Of a DNA stretch of 64,000 nt, positions 57,901-64,000 are shown in pieces (the stretch's first letter is position 1; the number at the start of each line of letters is the position of its first letter). Made by a program: the position numbers and the translations under genes. A model generated the notes under the pieces. It was not told where the DNA came from and did no database searches. It saw only the letters and a list, made by a program, of their open reading frames with translations. Location of the stretch: assembly GCA_039189765.1 (NCBI GenBank), contig JBCCYL010000001.1, forward strand, positions 32,001 through 96,000. Direction: 5' to 3'. This DNA comes from Cyanobacteria bacterium P01_F01_bin.150 (GTDB taxonomy: Bacteria > Cyanobacteriota > Cyanobacteriia > CAKZMO01).

Positions 57901-60761
57901 TACTCATTTATCAACCGAGTGTTGGGGGCATGCGATCGCCAATAGGCCAAATGCGCCTCAGTTAATGCTTCTCCACCCAAAACAAACGCATTTGCTCCGA
58001 CGTAGGATGTGTTAGGCGACAGCCGTAACGCATCATCAGATTTAGTGCTGCCCAATAACTCCAGAACCTTCAAATGAGCCGGAGTCAATTTTGCCAAACT
58101 AAACGATTGCCCAGTAGGCTGGGCGATGCCTACCATTTGTCCAATTTTTGAAGTTTCAGAAATTCCGACCAAGAGAGCTTCGGATAAGGCTTCAATTTCA
58201 TCTTCTTCCGGCAACATCGTTACCGTCTGACCCGAGACCAATGGCAACAGCAAACTTGTAATCGTTGCATCAAAGCCAATGGAAGACTGCACTGGAGCAC
58301 CCGTTCCCTCTGTTACTCGATATTCCTCTCGACTCCATCTCAGATAATTCACCAACCCGCGATGGGTAATCATCGTCCCCTTAGGCGTCCCGGTAGAACC
58401 AGATGTGTACATCACATACGCTAAATGCTGACTTATAAGATGACAGCCTAAATTTGTAGATGGAAATTTACGAATAACATCTTGTTCAACATCCAATCGC
58501 GTCTGAGAAATGTCGCCCCACACTTTAGAAGGACTGGCGGAATCCACAATCACGCGGCAACACTCCGCATCCGTCACCATAAACCGGAGGCGATCGTCCG
58601 GCAATGTTGGGTCCAACGGCAAATAGGCCGCTCCAGTTTTCAGTACAGCTAAGATCGCAACTAACAGATTAGGAGTACGTCCCAGACAAATCCCCACAAT
58701 ATCTCCAGAACCAATCTTGTGATAACGGAGATAATGAGAAAGCTGATTAGCTTTGATGTTCAGCTCTTGGTAAGTCATCCCCTCTAACCCCTCTTTAACA
58801 AGAGGGAGAACCGGACTTCCACTTCTCTCCTTGGTAAGGGGGGAGGGAGGGAGGGGAGACGAGGCGATCACATCCACTTGCATCATCCTTACCGCCATAG
58901 CCCCAGGATTTTGTTCAACCTGTTCCTCAAATAACGAACAAATGGAATGGGGTAAATACTCAGGCACCGACGTTTGATTCCACTCCACCACAAGGTGATG
59001 CTGTTCATCTGCGGTTAAAATATCAACTTCAGATAATCGCTGGTCTGGATTGGTAACAATGGATTCCAGCAAGACTTTAAAGTGGCCCAACATGCGCTGG
59101 ATGCGATCGCCATCAAACAGCTCAGTGCAATATTCCACCACTGCCAGCAGACCATCATCCCGCTCAATCGTATGCCAGGTGAGGTCAAACTTTGTTACCT
59201 TGGGCGCTAACCACTGCTGCTCTAGCGTCAATCCTGGTAGCTGTAGTTCCGGTCGAGCCGCATTTTGCATCTGATAGGCAGCGTTCTGGAACTGGAACAT
59301 CACCTGAAATAGAGGATTATGGCTTAAACTGCGCTCAGGCTGAAGCTCCTCTACCAGTTGAGCAAAGGGTAAATCTTGATGCTGAAAGGCCGATGACGCA
59401 GCCGATCGCACCAGCCGCACTACCTCGCGAATAGTCGGAGGTGCGCTTTTGGATAGGTCTTGAAGCCGTGAACGGACCACTACGGAATTTACGAAAAAGC
59501 CGATTAAGCCCTCTAGTTCAGTCCAGTTGCGATTGGCTGTGGGCACTCCAACCACAATGTCATCTTGATCGGTGTAGCGATGCAGCAAAATTTTGAACGC
59601 CGCCAGCAGCGTTATAAAGACCGTAGTCCCTTCCTGCTGACTTAGTTCTTTGATTTGATTGAGCAAATCCAGGGGCAACATTAGTGATGCAGTAGCGCTG
59701 TCAAAGGTTTGAGCCGGAGGCCGGGGGTGATCGGTGGGCAACTCCAGCATGGGGATATCGTGGAGTTGCGATCGCCAGTATTCCAACTGCTGCTCTCGCT
59801 CATGCCCCTGCAACCACTGCCGCTGCCATGCCGCAAAGTCAGCATACTGGATAGGCAATAGACCTAACGGAGATGGTTGTTCTTGACTGAAGGTACGATA
59901 CAAGGCTGACAATTCTTTTAGCAAGATGCCACGGGACCAGCCATCGCCGACGATGTGGTGGAGAGTGAGAAGGATAGTGTGTTGGGGAGTTGGGGAGTTG
60001 GGGAGTTGGGGAGTTGGGGAGTTGGAGAGTCGGGGAGTTAGAGAGGTTCGGTCCCCCTCTTGGGAGGGGTTAGGGGTGGGTTCCTCCGATTTTAGATTTT
60101 GGATGTTGGATTTTGGAGAGGTGGCCTGGCTACCTTCTGCTCCTTCTGCTCCCTCTGCCTTCTGCCTTCTGCCTTCTGCCTTTTGGACGGATCGAATAAC
60201 GCTAACTCGTAAAAGAGGCGGTTGGGTGAGGTCGAAGGGTCGGTTGATTTCCGCTTGGGTGAGGCGATCGATTTCTTGAGCTTGAGCTTCAAGGGAGAGC
60301 GGTCGGATATCCACCACGGGCATAGAAAAAGCTGTGGGTTGAACCGTGAGTTTGGGCTGACCCTTTTCTTCTCCAAATGAGGTCCGCAATACTTCATGAC
60401 GCTGGACAATTTCAGTAAAACTTTTTTGCAGAATCGTAAGATCTAAATCCCCAAAAAGATGCCACTGCATGCCAATGTTGTAGGCAGGATTGTTGGGGTC
60501 AAGCTGATAAAGAAACCATAGGCGCTCTTGGGCGTAAGATAGGGGATAATCGTCTAAATTCTGCCGTTTTTGAATAAAATTCTTACGAGCTTGAGGATGC
60601 TCATCAGTATCAGGCTTATCAGCATCAGACAGGTTAGATATCAAACCAGAAACAGACAGCCCCTTTTGCTTGAGCTGCTGGATAAAAAAGGTCCGCTTTT
60701 CCGGTGGCAACGAATTGATTCGCCGCCGTAGCATCTCTAATTGTTGCCCCTGATCACTCAT
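54978..60761 (-). CDS. NRPS: C - A (Asn) - PCP - E
   Basis: 1927 aa. HHIVGDGWS, code DATKVGEVGK (Asn-type), GGDSIL, E domain HHLVVDGLSW and EGYGRD, COM tail YTPSDF. Stop abuts the next ATG (TAAATG). Confidence 0.95.
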   Translation of the reverse strand: MSDQGQQLEMLRRRINSLPPEKRTFFIQQLKQKGLSVSGLISNLSDADKPDTDEHPQARKNFIQKRQNLDDYPLSYAQERLWFLYQLDPNNPAYNIGMQWHLFGDLDLTILQKSFTEIVQRHEVLRTSFGEEKGQPKLTVQPTAFSMPVVDIRPLSLEAQAQEIDRLTQAEINRPFDLTQPPLLRVSVIRSVQKAEGRRQKAEGAEGAEGSQATSPKSNIQNLKSEEPTPNPSQEGDRTSLTPRLSNSPTPQLPNSPTPQHTILLTLHHIVGDGWSRGILLKELSALYRTFSQEQPSPLGLLPIQYADFAAWQRQWLQGHEREQQLEYWRSQLHDIPMLELPTDHPRPPAQTFDSATASLMLPLDLLNQIKELSQQEGTTVFITLLAAFKILLHRYTDQDDIVVGVPTANRNWTELEGLIGFFVNSVVVRSRLQDLSKSAPPTIREVVRLVRSAASSAFQHQDLPFAQLVEELQPERSLSHNPLFQVMFQFQNAAYQMQNAARPELQLPGLTLEQQWLAPKVTKFDLTWHTIERDDGLLAVVEYCTELFDGDRIQRMLGHFKVLLESIVTNPDQRLSEVDILTADEQHHLVVEWNQTSVPEYLPHSICSLFEEQVEQNPGAMAVRMMQVDVIASSPLPPSPLTKERSGSPVLPLVKEGLEGMTYQELNIKANQLSHYLRYHKIGSGDIVGICLGRTPNLLVAILAVLKTGAAYLPLDPTLPDDRLRFMVTDAECCRVIVDSASPSKVWGDISQTRLDVEQDVIRKFPSTNLGCHLISQHLAYVMYTSGSTGTPKGTMITHRGLVNYLRWSREEYRVTEGTGAPVQSSIGFDATITSLLLPLVSGQTVTMLPEEDEIEALSEALLVGISETSKIGQMVGIAQPTGQSFSLAKLTPAHLKVLELLGSTKSDDALRLSPNTSYVGANAFVLGGEALTEAHLAYWRSHAPNTRLINEYGPTETVVGCCVYDASAASSASSSSGNVPIGRPIANAQLYILDRYLNPVPVGIPGELYIGGAGVARGYHNRPDLTGDRFIPNPFLKAEGRRQKAEGAREQGSRGAREQGSKGAEGQNVQNPKSKIQNLNSPTPQPSNSLTLYRTGDRAFYRPDGTIEYLGRIDNQVKLRGFRIELGEIEATLVRHPEVEGAIATLQHDDQRGSHLVAHITFASQQKTIQNPSTPNPSQERDRHVPPLNAQLPNSPTPQLPNSSTKIQNLKSFLKDCLPSYMIPAAIVPVESFPLTANGKIDRTALPTPDWEAQSRNSGQSRQEAQTDTEKVLVDIWSEVLGVKVGTCDNFFELGGDSILSIQIIARAKQAGLTITPRQLFQHQTVAELAAVAAESGPSQMAMPEQGAIAGVQEWLPIYHWFFEQNLPNPHHYNQSLLLELQSEIETEYLAKAWTEMVEHHDALRLRFSHVGWVDEGNPTKLSTAQDTLLGYAVANPTYGTVGSGEDTFLVEDLTGLPLAGQEEAIAALSNDLQASLDLSACLCRCVLFQRGANQKPCLLIIVHHLVVDGLSWRVLLADLELAYRQQQDNRKDQSEIGKDGAETIALPPKTTSFQAWGEALVHHAQSSQILEQRSYWQQLAEEISQTYQNASLQSPMVQPLQSTAEQVTATLDNVETQNLLTQMPSVFNTRVDEVMLTALVQTLGRSMEWSQTIGLGQSDSLVIDLEGYGRDVFDHINDSHNLGLDVSRTVGWFTSIFPVMLTLNRGGQPGDALKSVKEQLRQIPKNGTGYGLLRYLHPDTNVRQSVTLPRPPKIKFNYLGQLDLRSAADSMVKGISNISPGTTVDPNMPRLYALEINSFVRDGQLQTQWNYSREQYAQQDIEPLVQRYMSVLRSLLRYGQTRLEQNDSATAKEYTPSDFEAARLNQQQLDQVLNRVNQQKSSAQGANQGANSGANQGTNQSLPSRSSVPQSSNQTSGRQRRRRR
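56439..56525. repeat. 87-bp inverted doublet of GTAG-footed REP-like elements, in frame inside the E domain
   Basis: GTAGGTTGGATTAGCGACAGCGTAACCCAAC ... GTTGGGTTTCCTTCGTCAACCCAACCTAC. 87 nt = 29 codons. Confidence 0.8.
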
Positions 60762-60887
60762 TTCCTACCCTGTAATTCCACAACGTATTATGCGATCGCG
60801 CCATGTCCCCTTCCTAATTCTTGGTAACGGATTACACTATCTTTAATCCGCTCTGCAAGATGCTTACAAAAATCTCATTAAATTTAC

Positions 60888-61949
60888 TTAAGCGACTACC
60901 ACCGGCTTTTGGGCACAGTTGTCCTGTAGCTGCTTCAGATAGGGCAAACTCTCCATCACGTAGTCAAAATCCTGAACAAAATCGATAAGACAGGCAACTT
61001 CCGTAATCCCAGTCTGACTCAATTCATCCACAAAAGGTAGACAGCTTTCGGGAGTCCCGATGAGCGATCGCCCCTGCATAAATCCTTCCACCCCGAACAA
61101 TAATAAACTATCAATATCATCCTCAGAAAAATCTTTCAAGCTAATAGTCATTCCCATGCCCTTAGCTAGATTTTCTAACAAATCATAGTGAGTTTTTAAG
61201 TAATCACAAAAGGGTCTTCTCACTTTTTCCTTAACAGTTTCAATGTCTGCTCCCAAAAAAGTATGGAGCATTAGTGAAACCGTCTTTGTTTTTGGATCAT
61301 GCCCATATTTTTCCAAACACTTATGATAGAGCTTTATCTTTGGTTTAATGCTGTCCAAATCTCCGGTTAAAAGTGAGGTCAAAACATTGGCTCCCATCTT
61401 CCCTGCTTCCATAAAGGTTTCATTGGATTGGCAGGTAATCCATAGCGGCAGCGTTGACTGAATGGGATTGGGCAAGGTTTTGACAGTAAAGGACTTACCC
61501 GTAGCGTCCTGCTGACTAATCGCTTCGCCAGACCAAAGTCGCTGGAGCGTATCAATCCCTCTCCACATGGTGGCTTTACGGCTAGCGTGGGGCGCACGGG
61601 ACAGAATAAAGTCATCAACGGTCCACCCTGAAGCAACCGCAACTGCCGCCCGTCCATTGGACAGATTATCGACGACTGCCCATTCCTCCGCAATCCGCAC
61701 CACATCATGCAGCGGAATCACTAAACTACCAGCCCGCAATTGAATATTTTCAGTAATCATTGCCAATGCCGTACTCGTCAATGCGGGGTTGGGGTAAAGC
61801 CCCCCAAATGCGTGAAAATGGCGCTCCGGGGTCCACACTGCAGTAAAACCATTCTGATCCGCAAACTTAGCGGTTTCCAACAGCATTTTATATTTATTAG
61901 AATCGGCAACCGACCCATCACCATCAAAATAAAATAAGCTAAATTTCAT
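60888..61949 (-). CDS. Luciferase-like (LLM) flavin-dependent monooxygenase of the natural-product biosynthesis (MupA-like) type
   Basis: MKFSLFYF..AKFADQNGFTAVWTPERHFHAFGGLYPNP..RIAEEWAVVDNLSNGR..EVACLIDF. Start moved from 62009 to the ATG at 61949, which matches the family N-terminus and has purine-rich GAAAGGG upstream. Confidence 0.92.
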   Translation of the reverse strand: MKFSLFYFDGDGSVADSNKYKMLLETAKFADQNGFTAVWTPERHFHAFGGLYPNPALTSTALAMITENIQLRAGSLVIPLHDVVRIAEEWAVVDNLSNGRAAVAVASGWTVDDFILSRAPHASRKATMWRGIDTLQRLWSGEAISQQDATGKSFTVKTLPNPIQSTLPLWITCQSNETFMEAGKMGANVLTSLLTGDLDSIKPKIKLYHKCLEKYGHDPKTKTVSLMLHTFLGADIETVKEKVRRPFCDYLKTHYDLLENLAKGMGMTISLKDFSEDDIDSLLLFGVEGFMQGRSLIGTPESCLPFVDELSQTGITEVACLIDFVQDFDYVMESLPYLKQLQDNCAQKPVVVA

Positions 61950-62117
61950 TATTTTTTCCCTTTCAATATCACTAATCTTAATTAGGTACAAACTCAACCT
62001 ATAAAACAATTTATTTAACTAATCACTCATATTCCAAAATCCAAAATTGACCCTCTCCTAGCCCCTACCAGGAGGGGAACCGAACCATCCAAAATCCAAA
62101 ATCTAAAATCCAAAATT

Positions 62118-64000
62118 CTAAGTCTGCCCTCCTTGTTCCTGAAGCTGGGCTGTGACATCATCCAAATCCATATTTTCGACTTGTGATAGAAGGTCAGCAA
62201 TTTCATTCTGTTCCTGCTCGGTTGTTAATTGTGGGGGAGGGCTGTTGGGTTTCCTATCGTCAACCCAACCTACGGAGTCGGGGTCTTCGTCAGTGCCACC
62301 TTCTACCTTCTGCCTTCTGCCTTCTGCCTTTTGAAAGTCGTCGCTGAGGTTCTCCTCAATAATCTTGGCAATCCCTGCCACTGTGGGCGACTCAAACAAA
62401 AATTCTCGCATCGGTAAGTCTACATTGAATTCGTTGCGGAGGCGAGATACCGCTTGAATCGCCAAAAGTGAATGACCGCCCAGCTCAAAGAAATTATCGT
62501 GAATTCCCACCTGCCCTATTCCCAGGAGTTCTTGCATAGCCTCGGACACCGCCGTTTCAATGGAATTGCGAGGGGCAACATAGGTGGTGGAAAGCTGAGG
62601 TCGCTGGTGAGCATTGGCCGTGCCGTTATTGTTAAAACCATCTGGATCCAAATCCTTGGTAACGGCTAGCTTGCGAGCATCAATAATCCGCTGAGGTAAG
62701 TCAGTGGGAGATGTGGCAATCTGCATTGGTCCAGGCAGGCCAGACGATTGAATAATCTGGGAAAAGAGGCGATCGCATACGTCATCAACTTCACTCGGCG
62801 TCATCGCCAAATCCACTAATGCCGATCCGGTTATGGCACTCTCTGAATCCACTTCATCATCCCGGCAGGCATCCCAATTAACGCTTAGCCACTGGGGACC
62901 TGTATCTAGCATTGCTGAACGATTTCGCTCTGCTGCCAACGCATCCATAAAATAGTTGGCTCCGCTATAGGCCGAGAATCCCACACCACCCACAACCGAT
63001 GATAAGGATGATTGCAGCCAAAAGAACTCTATGGCCCGATTGCCCAAAGCCTGTTCCAGACTCAACAATCCCTGCATTTTAGATTTAAACTGTTTAGCGA
63101 TCGCCTCAGGCGTTAAATCAGCAATCAGACAGCTCGACTGCCCTCCCATCACTCCAGCATGGACGACGCCCTGAATCGGGCCAAGGATCTCTTCTGCTTG
63201 GGTCAGGAGCGATCGCACCCTATCCGTATCGGTCAAATCCGCACTAAAAAACTCGTATTCTACCTCCTGAGCCGCCAACCCCTGAAGCCGACGAATACAA
63301 TTACTCACCGGATCGCGCTGCCCATGTACCCCCAACCACGGCTCCCACTGGTCCGGCATAGGCATCCCTTCGCGACCAAGCAAAATCAATTTAGCCTGGT
63401 GGGTCTGGGCAAAGTACTGGGCAAAGTACAAACCAAGACCGTCAACTAGATCGCCAGCAATCAGAAGAGTTGGGGAGTTGGGGAGTTGGGGAGTTAGGGA
63501 GTTGGAGGCGTAGGGATTTTGGATTTTAGATTTTGGATTTTGGATAGAGAGTTGGGACGTAAGATCCCAGGGTTCTTGGGAATGCTTTGGCTGCTTTAAC
63601 GAGGTTTGGGCAAAACCCTGGGATCTGGACGCGCTTTCATCTATCTTTAGTAGAAGCGGCGTGTAGCTCTGAACCCACCGACAAAACCCTCGATAGGCAA
63701 CCACGCACGTTCTATCTGCCGTATTGGAGGGTAAAGTGATGTCGGTGAGAATCGAAGCGATCAGGGCTTTTGGAATAGAGCCATTGCCCGATGGACTATT
63801 AATGTCAATCACTTGGCAGCGGATGTGGGGATATTCCTGGGGAATCACCTGGCAGGCTCCTAGAAGAGGAGCGTTGTGAGGGTTTAAGTCTTCTGTTCCT
63901 GTAACATCGTGGATTGGAGGTGTTAGAACCGTGATAGTAACTTCAGAGGGTGTGGATAAAGCTTTTTCAGCCGTTGCACCGTTGCCATTGCCGTTGGAGA
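62118..64000 (-). CDS. 3' part of a type I PKS module (KR - ACP), truncated by the right edge
   Basis: I checked that the frame stays open from 63848 to the edge (..IHDVTGTEDLNPHNAPLLGACQVIPQEYP..). KR: AGDLVDGLG, GVVHAG, SSLSSVVGG..AYSGAN. ACP GGHSLL. Paralogous to the 37369-42426 PKS. Confidence 0.93.
   Translation of the reverse strand, partial: SNGNGNGATAEKALSTPSEVTITVLTPPIHDVTGTEDLNPHNAPLLGACQVIPQEYPHIRCQVIDINSPSGNGSIPKALIASILTDITLPSNTADRTCVVAYRGFCRWVQSYTPLLLKIDESASRSQGFAQTSLKQPKHSQEPWDLTSQLSIQNPKSKIQNPYASNSLTPQLPNSPTLLIAGDLVDGLGLYFAQYFAQTHQAKLILLGREGMPMPDQWEPWLGVHGQRDPVSNCIRRLQGLAAQEVEYEFFSADLTDTDRVRSLLTQAEEILGPIQGVVHAGVMGGQSSCLIADLTPEAIAKQFKSKMQGLLSLEQALGNRAIEFFWLQSSLSSVVGGVGFSAYSGANYFMDALAAERNRSAMLDTGPQWLSVNWDACRDDEVDSESAITGSALVDLAMTPSEVDDVCDRLFSQIIQSSGLPGPMQIATSPTDLPQRIIDARKLAVTKDLDPDGFNNNGTANAHQRPQLSTTYVAPRNSIETAVSEAMQELLGIGQVGIHDNFFELGGHSLLAIQAVSRLRNEFNVDLPMREFLFESPTVAGIAKIIEENLSDDFQKAEGRRQKVEGGTDEDPDSVGWVDDRKPNSPPPQLTTEQEQNEIADLLSQVENMDLDDVTAQLQEQGGQT
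63562..63626. mobile_element. 65-bp inverted-repeat element inside the PKS KR region
   Basis: AGATCCCAGGGTTCT-N35-AAAACCCTGGGATCT (one arm mismatch). Confidence 0.7.

Larger units (their letters stand above)
12837..63626. repeat. Dispersed in-frame composite repeat cassettes (KAEGRRQ / PTPSPSQEGDR / TPQLPNSP / SKIQNPK) across all megasynthase genes
   Basis: Approximate examples: 13551-13648, 14386-14505, 17237-17378, 22417-22602, 23069-23230, 25771-25885, 26092-26211, 26870-27045, 31075-31190, 34544-34612, 39609-39733, 40418-40528, 43190-43303, 45675-45780, 51678-51882, 52882-52950, 57122-57250, 57484-57647, 59982-60185, 63467-63560. Confidence 0.95.
1..64000. repeat. HIP1 (GCGATCGC) highly iterated palindrome throughout
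   Basis: Dozens of copies in both the CIS and biosynthetic genes, e.g. near 1064, 2002, 2306, 4477, 4943, 7500. HIP1 is a cyanobacterial hallmark. Confidence 0.95.

Noticed and set aside
12837..60761. Pseudogenisation of the cluster
   Set aside because: All megasynthase ORFs are uninterrupted, catalytic motifs are intact, and gene junctions are tightly coupled.
61950..62009. Longer N-terminus of the monooxygenase as given in the ORF track
   Set aside because: The family-typical start MKFSLFYF and an upstream purine-rich tract favour the ATG at 61949.
60780..62040. Fur box or promoter in the AT-rich gaps around the monooxygenase, and the CGGATTA..TAATCCG inverted repeat at ~60828-60850
   Set aside because: No convincing GATAATGATAATCATTATC-like match, and the short inverted repeat alone supports no call.
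391..63449. The many short plus-strand and alternate-frame ORFs
   Set aside because: They are shadows of long minus-strand genes or of repeats, with no recognisable domains.
22167..63626. CRISPR-like reading of the 35-nt variable interiors between conserved repeats
   Set aside because: The arms are inverted rather than direct, the copies are dispersed rather than arrayed, the interiors are weakly homologous to each other, and there are no cas genes.
12837..63626. Inteins or introns as the explanation for the in-frame inserts
   Set aside because: The inserts are too short, low-complexity, lack intein terminal residues and intron structure, and the same sequences occur intergenically.
63846..63848. 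GTG start of the last PKS ORF
   Set aside because: The frame is open to the window edge and the upstream residues align with the paralogous PKS, so the gene is truncated by the window.

Overview
Cyanobacterial DNA (HIP1 octamer GCGATCGC is very frequent). Every credible gene is on the minus strand. Positions ~4.46-64 kb are the downstream part of a large hybrid PKS/NRPS cluster that runs off the right edge. Gene order: partial PKS (KR-ACP), luciferase-like monooxygenase, NRPS (Asn, E), NRPS (Gly; Val, E; Gly), PKS (KS-AT-KR-ACP), NRPS (Ala; Cy-Cys-Ox), NRPS (Gly; Ala, E), NRPS (Ser), NRPS (Tyr-like aromatic). A terminal tailoring cassette follows: a CmlA-like diiron hydroxylase fused to two docking domains and a thioester reductase, a SAM methyltransferase, a class III aminotransferase, MbtH, a hypothetical protein and an SfmD/TyrH-like heme enzyme. 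This suggests reductive-amination release and a catechol or anachelin-type C-terminus (inference). About 180 bp downstream, in the same orientation, is a contractile injection system baseplate block (gp25, baseplate J-like, tail protein I-like, start of a fourth gene) with no sheath, tube or spike genes in front of it. The most striking sequence-level feature is a set of tiny repeat elements inserted in frame dozens of times into the megasynthase genes, at recurring loop positions. These include 7- and 8-mer tandem repeats, a hairpin core, GTAG-footed REP-like palindromes, HIP1-targeting 24-mers, nested insertions, and a 65-bp element with conserved 15-bp inverted arms around a divergent but always 35-nt interior. 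Substrate calls are manual specificity-code readings, not database results.
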